From: Pseudogymnoascus verrucosus
Taxonomy: Eukaryota
Assembly: GCA_001662655.1 (NCBI GenBank)
Contig: KV460209.1
Direction: 5' to 3' (one strand)
Length of the DNA stretch: 64,000 nt
Position 1 is the stretch's first letter, and every line of letters begins with the position of its first letter. The notes under the pieces are model-generated. The model saw only the letters and a list, made by a program, of their open reading frames with translations, did not search any database and was not told the DNA's origin. Position numbers and translations under genes: made by a program. Below are positions 50,949 to 63,932 of the stretch, piece by piece.

Positions 50949-52162
50949 TGTGAAAAGATCACAAACTCAATTGGGCGGCTGGCTCCTTATTTTCCGTTGC
51001 TGGGACTGGGGGAAAAGCTTTTGGGATTGAAAAACTTGCAGAGGGGCTCGGGTCAGTTATGATTTATTGCTTTTGCTTCGATGGCTCGGTTTTTGAAACT
51101 TGCTGGGTGAGTAGGTAATGTTTTATTGCTTTGATGCTTTGATGACTTGGCTTTGAAACTTGTTGGGGGGAGGTAATTTGTGGTGGGAGGGCGTGGATTG
51201 ATGCTAATTGCTGAGTTTAAGCTATTTATGATAGTTGAAATCGATGATTTATATATATGCCGCCTTCTGGCGAGCTGTGGTGCTATTTTTGTGTGATTAT
51301 CCATTTCTTCAGGGGTTTATTCCTCCCGGGTACTGGATGGTTCTATGGTGTGGGTAGATGGATGTGTCTGTGAGGCTGTGTCAGTGCTGTCCGTGATGGT
51401 TGGTTTTGATATGGTAAGTCGATTGAACTTCTTTCATTGTTTTGAAATCGCTGGGTGATTTATTTGGCAGCAGAAAGGATTTACGCAGATTTCTCATTTT
51501 ATTTCTAAGCCAGTCCTTCGGGAGTCCTGAAGCTTGTCTCGAGATGCATTTATTTATCAAGACTCGGTGTCTTATTTGTTTGAAGATGGCCCCTGTCTCA
51601 GCTTCCTTGATTAAATATAGGTAAACCCTTTTATTTTGGAAGATATCCTTTCCCTCAGAATGCATGATCAAGTTGGAATGTTATAATTACAGAATTGGCC
51701 TCTTACCTTCCAGGCCAGCACTGGAATTTGTAAGGTAAAGCGAGTCTTGCTGTGGATCAAGTTGTGATAAATTTATCCCCTGAAATATCGCCACGCGATC
51801 CCTCTCGTCCCTTAGGTACCTTAAATTTGGTATTATTTGACAGATATTCACTTCCCCGTGCTTATTTCTAGTGTTGCCACGACACTGTGGGTTTATAAGC
51901 ATGCAAACGCCGTATCTCTTGTCACCGTCTCCGTACAAGCAACGACTTCAGTTTATTTTACAACACAGAGTCCACAACCAACAACAATCTATCCAATTTC
52001 TTTGCACACTCGTTACCTCTATCAAGGACTCAAGTCCATCAATAACCATTTAGTTCTATTGCTTTGCTTTGTATTCGAAAGATCATTCTCTTGCTGTTTG
52101 TTTGCTTGATATCTGCATTGCACACACGGCATTATCTGCCTACGAATCGATCGGTCATAACA

Positions 52163-54530
52163 ATGGGTTCAATGGCTTTCGACTTATATAACTTCAAGTG
52201 GGAGGCTTCCCCTGGCCTTGGTATGTTTGATATTCTTCATATGCTTGTTCGGATCTTGGATCTTTTACTAATTTATTCAGAGCATCATTGTGGGATTTGC
52301 GGCAAGGGGCTATCGAGTATGGATCCTCCCCAATTCAAGAATTCCGACCTTGGACTGACTGCTTTTAGATCCTAGATCTGTCAACTCTTGCATCGGCGTC
52401 CACTGCGAGCCATGTAGAAGGTATCACCAGCAGCTACATTTCATTCGTGAGTTGATCTGATTTTTTTGAATGCCGTTTGCTAACCCACATGTTCTACAGA
52501 AAAGGCACACGAATGCAAAAGGTATGCAATTGAGTCTTGTCATTATCTCCGGCAAGCGCTGACCTATTTCTAGCTGTATAAGAGCAGATGAGATGCATCA
52601 CCGCCGGCATAGATCTATCGCCATGCTTGTCAAAGATCTTGAAGCCAACGATAGGGAGGTAGCTACCCGGGCAACCAGAACAAAGACCAAGAATGCCAAG
52701 ACCACTCCAGGAATGGGCCACGACGAGTATATCCGGCAAGGTGGTATGTCTAAAACTGTCAACGAAAACGTCGAAAATTTGGACCCTACCAGATCTGTCA
52801 ACGATGAAGAACCAGATGACGATGATGCATACGATGATCATATCTTCGGTAAAGGAGAGACTGAACCATTCATTTCCATGTCTAACTCAACCACTCATAT
52901 ACCCACCCCATCGACCCCGAAGCCATGCTCTTCCATATCCTCATTTAGCTACGAGTCATCTCCAGTGATTTCAGCGAAGAAAAAAGATCTCAAAAAAGCT
53001 CGCCGGACAGCACGATTGACCAACAACAATGCCCAAAGCATTGTCAGCAACGATTTTCTTGAGTTCATCGCTGAAGCTCTCCATGGAGTCAAGATCATGG
53101 ACATAGGCCGCGCAGTGTTTGAAGAAGAAGGCGAGGATATTGGAGCAAACCAGTTCAAGAACGAAGACTTGATGCGGGAGAACCTCGGGTTTCAGACGTT
53201 TACAAGGAACTCCTCAAACGTTCGTCACATAAAAGACAGATGGAGGAAGCTGGGCCCTGGTGGAAAAGCGCAAGAGCTCGCGGGACCGCCCCCAACTGCA
53301 CCAGGTTTCCCCAACCCGAAGTTCGTCAACATTAACGAATCAACTCGCTTCGATGTCAACTTCTTTGCCCGCCTTGGGGTTAAATATGAGAGCAAGGGCG
53401 ACACCAGCAGAGCGCGGGGCGAGATTGTTCTTAAACTCGCAAATAAAATCTTGGAGGACATGACCATCATCGGGCGCGAAGAGTACGAGACACAGATTCG
53501 GGAGGCCGGGTTTTGGCGGTTCGTAAGCCGTCCAGCAGCTGAAAATCTCCAGGAAGGCCATCAGAATTTCAGTTGGGCAACTGGTGAATATAGGAAGAGA
53601 AGAAGGCCAGGTATGTTGTTTGAAGGCAACGCGGAAACTGGGCTTGGGATTAATGCTGCAGGTGGGCCTGGGTTTGGTGCGGGAGATGGACGAGGGCAAG
53701 TAATCCGAAACAATGAAAACGATTCATCAGATGATAGCGTTCCGAACACACCCTCTTTGGTGGGATCAGCCTTTGAAACCCAAGCCGAAGAGAAGGAAAC
53801 TCCACAGATAAAAACGCCAATTATCTTGAAATTCACAAACTTTGACACTGGCAAGAAAGAGGTCTTATGGACCGCGACGCCATCGAAAGTTTTATCTTCT
53901 CCCAAGATTCTGCCTTCGGTCGAGCCTAAAGCGTTGTCCACCCCTAAAGCTTCATCGCAGCCCAAACTTTTGTCGCCGCCTGATGTCTTGTTCTCGCCCA
54001 AACCTTCCATCCACTCCAAAGTTCCATCCACGACCGAAACTCCTTTCTCCCCCAAAGTTTCGTCCACTCCGAATACTTTTCTCTCCCCAGAAGTTCCGTC
54101 CACCCCGAAAGCTTTGCTCCCCCCCAAAGTTTCACCCTCGCCCCAAACTTTGGCCCCACCTTCAGCTTGGTCGTCACTCAAGCAAAAAAAGATGAGACCG
54201 ACCACTGCCGTAGTGAGTCCTGGCAATCAGAAGCATGCTGACGCAATAAACTCCTTCCGCCTGGTAAAGATTGAGAAAAAGCATGTGGCGGTGCAGTTGA
54301 AACACGAATCTCCCTGCAAGCTTTGCAGAGGCCAGTCAGCCCCACCCTCAGAGCGTGCGCAGCTTGAAGCCGATGAAGATAACTCCCATGATGATGAAGA
54401 TGTTTGGGAAGTGGTGCGTCCATCGTTGCTAAATGTGAGAGCAAAAAATCCGTATGATCTCCTCAGCATTGTCGAAGAGGGTAGCGACACGGAGGATTCT
54501 TCCAGTGAAGAAGACAGTGATACAAACTAA
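52163..54530 (+). CDS. Hypothetical protein with N-terminal Cys/His-rich region and S/T-P-K repeats (exons 52163-52220, 52281-52316, 52369-52446, 52500-52521, 52574-54530)
   Basis: Four canonical introns splice in phase into the 645-aa ORF, giving ...HHCGICGKGLSNPRSVNSCIGVHCEPCRRYHQQLHFIQKAHECKSCIRADEMH. Confidence 0.75.
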
Positions 54531-55423
54531 CTCACAGCACCTCCTGGTTTTAACAACTTCGACCCCCAATGCCAGGCAATTATGGGCCCCGCAAACTTGA
54601 ATTGCTTCTCTTCCCTTCATACTGGTTTTCTTCATTGCTTTTGCATGCCATAGGCCCTGACAAGTGGACATCCTTCTCTGCGTTTACTCTGATCGACATG
54701 AGCAAGCGCTCAGAAGCAAACAACTTGGCCGCAGCTCGCAACTTCACACTTGTACCATCATGTTCGAATTACTGCTTCATTTACTTCTTTTTTTCCTTAC
54801 GCATTTGCTCGTCCTTCCAAAACCACGCATTCTACCAGCCGCCAAACCACCGTCAGCGCCATCGCCACTCTCTCTACACCGTCGCTCTTCAATGATCTGC
54901 AGACTCAGCAATTCGCCAGCTGACAGCTTTACAGGGTTACTAACAAGATTTCTTTTTCTCTGGGCTACAGTAAAGAGGAGGGTTGTGCTGGTGAGGCCGT
55001 TTGAGGCAGTATCATTTTGATTGAGAACGCTAGTACCACTTCATTACAAGACAATACACTATGTAACCAATATCCATTGCGGTACACTTCCACAGTATGG
55101 AAAACAATTGACTTGCTTCCCGATCTGTTCAGTGTGGTATTCCCGAACGCCTCCATTACCATTGCCTTCCTTGGAACCCCATGTCTCCATACCTATTCAA
55201 TCTTTCCATCATGGATCTCATAAAAGATACTCCCACCCCAAGGCGGTGCAGTTCCCCTCCCTCCGATAACAATAAAGTAATATGAATAAAAAATCCGCCT
55301 TCCCTCTAGGCGCCCCCGGCTTTTCCAGTACCGCATTAAGCACAACTAACCGCCCAAACCAACTTCCAAATATCAAATCGCACCTCCCAGTAAAGAGCCG
55401 TCATAAATAACCATATATCGTCG

Positions 55424-57205
55424 TTAATACAGCTCCTCCAACTCTCTCTCTTTCGCACGTAGATCTTCTCTCATCCTCTCAGCCTCGAGCTGCAACATCT
55501 CCCTCCTTTCTCTCTTCCGTCTCTCTCTGTCCGCATCTGCTTCCGTATCGTTGCCCGCCTGCGCCACACTTGCAGGCCCGTCTCTCGGGCTGCGGCTCTG
55601 TCGCAGACTCGGGTCCAGGGCCTCTTCGCTCGCCTGTTGTGCCGGATTCAAGATAGCCTTGATGCTAGAAAGACGACCCTGGCTCTGGTCACCAGCAGGG
55701 GCTGCCTCGCTTTCCGCTGTTGAGAATGAACGCTTGCGATTAGGCGTCAAGAGGAAATTCGGTGACAGGGACGAGGGGCGGTGATTTGGTGACGGATACG
55801 CCGCTATGGGCGGTAGTCTATTATCAGTGGTCAGGCTCGAAGGATCGTGTTGCGCGTGGGCGTGCGGATTTGACGCATACGACGTGAGATCATTGGCTGT
55901 GGTGGGCTGCTGCTGATGTCCGTTTTGGCCACGGAGGGTGCTGGCGAGTTCGGGGAGGTTGCGGGATGGCTCGGCGCGTCTCCTGAAGCCGAGGCTTACG
56001 GAGCCGTCGGGGTTGAGAGCTCCCTTTGGCGCGGCTTCATCGTTGGGAAGGTTGGAGTCGTCGGATTCAGGGGACACGGCTGTGCGTGGGGAGCCCATTT
56101 CGTAGCTCATGCCACCAGCTGCGGCGGGGACTACACGCTTGCGGCGTTTGATTACAGACTTCTTCATCGTGACGGGTCTGTGGACGCCGTGAAGTTTGTA
56201 ATATAAGCCTGTGATATATTAGTTACTGCTTTTATAGTTCGTTGCGAAGCAACTTACCACATGCGTTGCATATCGTATGCCCGCTTTCGTCACGACGCCA
56301 GAGCGGGGTAATCGTAGTCCCGCAGTTCTGGCAAGCAACAATGACAGTTGTACCCGCATTCTGGAGCGCATTGATATCAGTCTCTGCGGTAGGATCGGCG
56401 GCAGGATCGTTCGGCGGCTGCGAGGACCCTTGGCCAGAACGGACAAGGGTGACATTTGCGGTCTTCGAAACGCGGTTGTTGAAGGCAGGACAGCCTCCAC
56501 AGCCTGATGCACCACCGGTACCATTGCACTTCCCACCGCCTGGGCATGAGCCACCAGAAGTTTGATCCGCAGTAACATATGTTGCAGTCGCAGTCGAATA
56601 ATGGGTCGGCGCATATCCTGGTGATGGACCCTTCTGTTCTCGGTTCTGGCTGGGAGCAGATGTGTTTGCGCCATGCGCCTTCTTCATTGTAGTGGGCCTG
56701 GACGCATTGCGCGCCTTTTGGTATAGACCACAGGCATTGCATATAGTTGCGCCTTGGGGCGACCTCCTCCAAAGGGGCGTGCTCGTGGTGCCGCAGTTGC
56801 TTGTCGGGGGTCAGCACAGGTTGGGGATAAAGGGATTGTAGGTACTCACCTGCAGATCTGTCCATTGGGAATGTTATCCGGGTTGATGATCGCCTGGGGA
56901 GAGTATGATCCCTCCTGCTGTTTGCGCTCAGCTGCTGTTGGCGTGGGTGTCGGTTGCTGCTGGCGGTTGTATGAATCCTGGGTATGGTTCGATCCATTGG
57001 TGGGCTGTATTTCATAAGAATGGTCATTCTCATGTCTGCCGTTTGCTATCCTATCCCTGTTTTCGCGCAGCCCTTGCGAGTGATCCACCAGCTGCTCCGC
57101 CAACTCGATATCCTCTTTCGACAACGTTCTCGTTGGCAGAGATGTATGCGCAGGTTGCTCTTCGTGCCGCGAGGGCGCCGATGCTATAATTGCTGTGTCC
57201 GCCAT
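55424..57205 (-). CDS. sreA: Iron-responsive GATA repressor (SreA/Sre/Fep1 type)
   Basis: Two GATA fingers ([34 protein letters not shown]) separated by the Cys-rich [20 protein letters not shown] segment; C-terminal coiled coil. Confidence 0.95.
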
Positions 57206-57407
57206 GATGCTCGTTTTATGCCTCCTTCATGCCCTGGGCGAAAGATGCGGGATTTGCTGTCTGTCCTCTTCGCCACCGGTAGTTCGTTCCGATTGTCGCT
57301 CTGTGTCGCCTCGCAGGGTGTCTCAATCTCCAGTCTTCCTGATTGTACTCGACCAGGAGCGTCTTCGATATGGATCTTGCTTGGGCGTCTTTCGTCTGGC
57401 GTCCAGC

Positions 57408-57416
57408 TTATCAGAT
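57408..57416 (-). promoter_or_regulatory. SreA-type site ATCTGATAA
   Basis: Exact match to the ATCWGATAA consensus, about 200 nt upstream of the sreA ATG. Confidence 0.5.
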
Positions 57417-57545
57417 CTTCGTCCAGTCTACTAAAGGTGTCTGAGGATGTTTGCTGACCGAGGATGGCGACAGGCTTTCATTCATACGCGGCGATAATCA
57501 CGGGATCTCGCCCAGCTGTTGCCAGCGATGCCTTGGGAACGGTGG

Positions 57546-57567
57546 CCAATCGACCACTCCTCATTGG
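57546..57567. promoter_or_regulatory. Symmetric double CBC/HapX site (CSAAT-N12-RWT on both strands)
   Basis: CCAAT-cgaccactcctc-ATTGG matches CSAATN12RWT in both orientations, about 340 nt upstream of sreA. Confidence 0.7.
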
Positions 57568-58066
57568 CCGAACACCGAAGAGTTTGAAATAGAATCTATT
57601 TAATTGGTTGTAATACGACGCTATTTATTTTGCTAGAGCGATAGCGGATTTAAGGTTTCTGGTTTAATGGTACTCTAAGAGCAAAGTAGTAATAGACTAA
57701 CTCAATACGGTAAGTGAAACGTTTATGGAGGCCCCTCCTTGGATCATATCTAATCATATCTGGTGTCACAAGATTTCATCTTAATCTGGTCGTAATCTGG
57801 GTGCCTGAGGGATCTATTTTAGTAATTTCGTGTTTTAGTAATACCAGTCACATGACGAGGCTGATCCAAATCGCCGAAAGGAGTTACTAGCGCGCGTCAT
57901 CAGCCAAGCGTCATTTCCGACCTCCTCTCCAACATCCATTACGACGCTTTATAGGCAACAGCTTTTCAAGTCCAACTTCATCTATTTGTATATATCCCGC
58001 GGTGCTCGACCCGACGACCTTACTTTCAACGTCATCCCCTCGCTCAATAACCCCCAAATCTTCACG

Positions 58067-58718
58067 ATGGACTTCTCAGACATCTTGTATGTTGCCCTTT
58101 TGCTGCTTCGCGCCCCAACAGGAACGCAGCAATCTATCCCTCTCAGGGCTGGAAGAACATGGCTAATACTTGCTATCTAGCCGCATTGTTAACCTGGCGA
58201 TTGGTGCGCTCATGATCGCTGGTGGAATTTCGCAATTCTTCGGCGCCACAGTCACAGTGTAAGCTCTTTGTCGAACCCCCCCCCCCAAGGACTCAACCTA
58301 ATGCGCCGCAGACAATCGATTATCATCGGTGTTTATGTGATTATTTTTGGACTTGGTACGCCCCCCTTCTTCGCCACAATCCGAGGATGGACTGCTAACT
58401 TTCCCTAGCTATTGGCGCATTGGAATTCCAAATCCCACCCCAGGTCTCGAGGTACGCCTCGTTCCTGTTCTCGTTCCTGGGCCGCGGAATCTGTAAGTCA
58501 ACTCCCCTTGTTTGGTAGCGCGAGAAAGAAGCTGACATGAAATAGTCTACATCTTCATCGGAACCATCCTCTTCCACGACCACGTTCTCCGCTACATCAT
58601 TGGTTCGATTATTGGCCTGGTTGGATTGGGATACGGCGCCCTCGAATTCATCCCATCGATTGAGCCACCTGCCAACATGCGCGAGGCTGATGCCGGATGG
58701 GGCGCGGAGCAGGTCTAA
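58067..58718 (+). CDS. TVP15: Golgi membrane protein Tvp15 (COPI-associated)
   Basis: MDFSDIF/RIVNL, YASFLFSFLGRGI, IEPPANMREADAGWGAEQV*. Four introns. Confidence 0.9.
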
Positions 58719-59239
58719 GCTGTCCTTGGGATATTCAAACCGCAAATCCAACGCTTCGGTTAAGCCGCGGACAAATATAAACGACGCGGTGCTGGGAACG
58801 CTCGGTATGAGAGTGAGGTTCCAGGGGATGAAAGAACTGCGCTGGATGCACATACAACGAGGATGGGACTATGTGAAGATATGATATGGTGTTGGAACTT
58901 GTGTTAACAATTATGATTGTATTATTGCGAGAGGCCAGGATAGCTTTCGAGTATTTAGATTTACGGATCGTCTCCGGGAGCGGAGATCGCTGATATAGGC
59001 AAATGACAGACTGTCACGGAATTAAAATGGATGACTGTCGTGAGTAACCAGTAGCTGAAGCATCGATCGTACAAGTAAGAGGCACAATACTAAGTAGCAA
59101 ACACTCGCTATATATATAGTATAGATTTCATATATTTTGTCTTCGTCAAATAGTGTCATTTTCGTTTCTGGTTCGTTAGGTCGTTACAACAGCATACCAT
59201 TTCTTATAATGATAACTTTTCCGAACCTCGGACAAAATT

Positions 59240-60155
59240 TCAGGAATCCGCCTGGATTTGGTATTCCTCATAAGGGAAGTTTTCTAGTGTAACTAATTTC
59301 ACAGCCCAGCCATCGTCAACATTCCCCAGCTGCCATTCATCTCCTATCGGAACCAACCCAGTTCTGCCAGCCAGTACTTCTTTGTCTCGTTTTTCATACT
59401 CCGCCGCAAGACCTTGATGTGGGACCCAAACGACTCTCATGCCAGCTCTCCTCCCCGCTTCAACGCCGGGTACGCTGTCTTCAAAGACTAGACATTCTGA
59501 TGGTTTGATAGCCTTTTCGCCATCACCGAGACTTTCATTGATCACCTGTAGTGCAAGTAAAAAAATGTCCGGGGCCGGCTTTCCCCTGCCTTTCTGCAGT
59601 CTCGGATCATCACCAAGGATACGTCGATTCTCGTCAAAGACGCTAAATATCTCCTTCGTTTCAGGCAGCGAAGTCTTTAACTCGTAGTTGTTCTTTTCGC
59701 TGCTTGATGCCAACGCAATATGCATCTTGTTTCCATCTACGTTATGGGCAGAGTTGAGGTTCGCCAATAGCGTTTCAACGCCTGGCAAAGGCTTGCAGTG
59801 AGGGAAATGCAGACGCTGCTGCTCTTTTTGCTCACGTTTAAATTGCTCGCGAGGAATTGGCAACTGGGCCCAACGGTGAAACTCATCGCCTGTCGATGAA
59901 CCAGGGACGCCCATGAGTTTAGCTTTGACAGACCATGGCAGATATGGCCTTCCATACTTTTCAAGGATGTTATTCGCGCAAAGCGTGTACATATCCTCCT
60001 TTGCAAATTTAGCAGATATTTAAAGTGTATTTCTAAAACTTACTGTATTTATAAGTAGGCCATCCATATCGAAAATGCACGCCCGAATCGGCGGGAAGCT
60101 GTCGCCTCATATTAGTGAAAGCCTTCAAGTAGGGCGGGGAGAATTACTTTGCCAT
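59240..60155 (-). CDS. HAD-like phosphatase (HDHD1/pseudouridine-5'-phosphatase-like)
   Basis: IRACIFDMDGLLINTED motif I, ALASSS, GKPAPDIF, LVFEDSVPGVEAG. Confidence 0.9.
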
Positions 60156-60739
60156 TTTTTATGAAGCAACTTTATCGTCTCTCGAGTTCTAATTGTTATA
60201 AAAGAACCTAGATTCCGATGCAATCCATAAAGCGGAGGGTGAGGATATCGGTCAAACGATTTACTATTTATGTGGAACTCCAAACTCTAATTAATATAAG
60301 TGAATCTTCGCTTGTCGACTCCGCTTGGCAGTAACAACCTAAATCTTGACCCACTTAAAATGTATGACTTGGGAATGGCGATTCTTAAAATGGTGAATAG
60401 ATAGATTAAAGCCCATTTTTTTTTGGATAGAGCTTGCATCCTTTTTACATCCAACTATTCGCGTGATTATGTACAGAGGCTCAGCCTAACCCTGCCGCTG
60501 GCCATCGTGATGGTGGGCGGTTACATCGTTGGAGCCAACACTCGCTTCACTTGATCCGACACAACAGTCTGGCGTGAATCAACGTATACAAATACTCGCA
60601 ACGCCCTCGGAGTCCCATGAGATTAAATATTCAATATGATCGCAACAAACATAGTTCACTACTACTCTGAACTAGACAGAACTTCCTATCACATATATCA
60701 CATACATCTGATTCATCGGTCAATGCCAACATTCTAACA

Positions 60740-62479
60740 ATGGCTCAACACGCAGACGGCCATTCAGTAGCTACAGAGGAACCGAGAGAAATAAAGCCAG
60801 ATTCAGTTATACAAACGCAGTTGATCATTTTAGGTGAGTAAAAACTGTATTTTTATTATTGTACGTCTAACTGAGTACTCTAGGTTGCTTTCCACTGGCG
60901 GAGGGAGTAGCTTGGGCAACCATTTTCCCATATATCTATTCCATGGTAAAATCACTGTCCAGACCAGAGTCAAGTAAGGACAATATTGCCATCTATGCTG
61001 GACTTATGGTATCCGTTTTCACCTTCGGGGAGTTTGTTGAAGCTCCTCTGTGGGCCAAGGTCAGCGATCGTATTGGCAGGAAGCCAACAATGCTGATTGG
61101 TTCAATCGGAGCTGTGTTTTCAGCACTCCTTTCGGCTTTTCAACCTCGATACCAATGGCCATAGCTGCAAGGACTTGTGCGGGTTTGCTGAATCCGAATT
61201 TAGGCGTCGTACAGACCTTCGTTGGAGAGCTAGTGAGCAAAAAGCAGGAAGGTATGGCCAATCGCAAGTCGTTATTTTGTATCGAATCTGATATTGTTAT
61301 TCTGCGCCATAGCCAAAGGGTTCTCTACTGTTTCATTCCTCTGTGGCCTTGGGTACGTTTGACTGTTCTAACTTATTGTGTATGCTAAGATTTGTAGAAC
61401 CATTATCGGACCAGTAATTGGAGGCTATCTGGCCGAGCCAGTCAAAAATTATCCCTGTCTCTTCCACGAAGGAACAATATGGGATAAATTTCCGTACTTA
61501 TTGCCAAACCTTGTTGTCGTGATGTTTCTCCTGAGTAGCTGTACCCTCGCACTGTTTTGCCTGGAAGAGGTCCACCCTGAATTTCGGGACCAAGTTGACA
61601 TCAGATGGATATTGGTTAGCCGCATTAGAAATATTTTCAGGGGTACAGGCTGGAGTTCCGGCGAAGGCACATATACTTCTCTTAGGGCTGACGAAACAGA
61701 TGTCGAGGCACCAGCGGTCCCAGCATCCCCAACTGAAGCTTTTGAAGAACCAGGAGTCAAACCACCATCGGCGTTTACCAGACAAGTAAAGCTTCAGATA
61801 CTCTCCGTCGCTATCCAAGGATTCCTCAAAATCTCAACTCTTGCCATAGTGCCCGTCTTTCTGGCAACACCATCAGGACCTGACCAACCGCTGAACTTGA
61901 CCAGAGGCTCCGAAGTGATAAGAGGAATACTAGGAGTTAAGGGCGGATTCGGGCTCGACACCATGAATACTAGCAACGTCCTTCTTTCTCAAGCTGCAGC
62001 TGCTATCGGCGGCCAAATACTTGTGCCAAGAATAATTGATAGGCACGGCGCGCTTCAGAGTTGTAGAGCAGTATTTGTCATACTAATGTTTCTTTACTAC
62101 CTCTTGCCATTCACTGCTACTTGGAGTACCTAGACTGGTCTGCCGACAATGTTGATAATCCTCTGGGTGCATGCAGTGGCAAGTAGCCTGGCCACCACTT
62201 GTTCATCAATTCTGTACGTTTGCCTCTCGGATTTGGGTTAACACTGACTTACCTACGTACAGCCTTAAAAGCACGGTGCCTTCGCCCATCTGCTTGGCGA
62301 CAGTCAATGGAGCTTCTGCTTCGCTTGGATGCCTCGCACGAACTTTAGGACCTGCAGTCTCGGGGCCGCTGTTTCGATTTGGGCTCCAAATAGGTTATGT
62401 TGGACTGCCGTTCTGGTTACTCGGTGTTGTTGCAGGTCTGGGAGGGATTGTTTCCTTGTATCTCGTCGACCACGCTTGA
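60740..62479 (+). pseudogene. MFS transporter, disrupted
   Basis: WATIFPYIYSM, motif A AKVSDRIGRK, ATVNG..LARTLGP. A 1-nt frameshift at T-run 61130-61132 and an in-frame TAG at 62131-62133. Confidence 0.8.
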
Positions 62480-62724
62480 GGTTTAGCTATGCTTTTTGTC
62501 CTGTATAAAGATACCACAATGTTATATTTAGATTGAAAGGGCATTCGGACGTTTCATGTGTACGCTCAAGCTAGGGGAGGATAAAATACCTTTTCAGTAA
62601 ACTTATAACGATGGCCATTATGGCCATGCTTGTGCGCAACAGTTCATTGCATCCAATGCCCCTATGTTAGAAAAACGAGTCTAACATACCATTATAACCC
62701 TAATTTAAGCTCTCACACTACCCC

Positions 62725-63932
62725 TCACGCAGCCAGAGCCTCCCCAACAAGCTCCACAACCCTCTGCGAACACCCATACGATCCTTGATACCCCCACCCC
62801 CCATGCCCATAGTTATGCACCACCCACACTGCATCCACCTTCTCCTTCTCAACCCTCACCCCCCCCTCCCTCACCGGCCTCAACCCAACTCCATGCCTAA
62901 CGACACTCAACCCCTTTACGCCCTTCCCCCCCGCAAGCTCCGGACACACCTCAACAGCCCTCTTCATAATCCTCGCTGCAGTCTCCATATCCGGCGCGGC
63001 CTCCCAACTACCTACTATGTACGTCCCGCCGAGAACGGTGCCTCCACCAGCTGCGCGCTGCATTATGTAGCATAGCTCGTCTGGGCCGTCGTCGGTCCCT
63101 GATGTTGCGATCATGGGGGTAGCTTCATTCCTGACTACGACCGTTTGGCCACGCACTGGGACAACCTTGGCATCCATCACACCACCCAGCTTCGACGCGA
63201 GGAGGCCAGTGCAGTTTACCACGAGGTCCGCGGGTTTACCGGAGTGGTGTAGTGATGCTGCATCTGCAATGTGGGAAAGCTCCGCGCGGGATATGCGGGC
63301 ACCGTTTGCTAGGCATTGGCCAACTAGATAGGGGAGATAGATGGCGGTGTTGATACAGACCGAGGAATGGCGGAGGCCAGAGTCGTAGCCTGGGGGAAGC
63401 TCGGAGAGAGGGACGACGCGGTAGTCGGGGACTACGTCTTTGTACCAGGGGTTTAGGTCGGCGGACAAGCTCATAGCTGCACCGGACTCGAGGTCTTTGG
63501 TGCGGTTCAGGACTAGGGAATCTGGAGGGAGTTAGTTGGCGAGTAAGAATGGAGGGAGGGGGGGTTGCCTTGGAGGTGGATGCCTGATTCTGGGACGTCG
63601 TTGGCGAGGCGGTAGAGCTCGGGGAAGGTGTTTCTCTCCCAGGGACCCCTTTCATCGTTTGTGTGTCTGAATTGGGTCAGTGGCCATCAGATGGGGGAAG
63701 TAGTTGAGTCAGCTTACGGGGAAAAGTTGGCTCCAGCCCATGGGGAGGTATATTCGATGTCATAGTCACCGGGCATGTGTTTGGCTACGATCGTGACATT
63801 ATATGCGGGGTTCTTGGAGAGAAGGAGCGCAGTGGTGAGTCCAGAGACGCCAGCACTGTGGAATGTCAGGATAACTCCTTCCTCGTGTGGGGTTTATCAT
63901 AATACGCACCCGACAACTACGATGTTCGCCAT
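62725..63932 (-). CDS. DAO1: D-amino-acid oxidase family flavoprotein
   Basis: [52 protein letters not shown]. Confidence 0.92.

Noticed and set aside
38886..57205. TF-egt1-sreA as a co-regulated ergothioneine/iron cluster
   Set aside because: No Egt2 or transporter nearby and no shared motif seen upstream of egt1; adjacency alone is insufficient.
62131..62133. MFS TAG as an A-to-I editing-rescued stop
   Set aside because: The upstream frameshift would still inactivate the gene; pseudogenisation is simpler.
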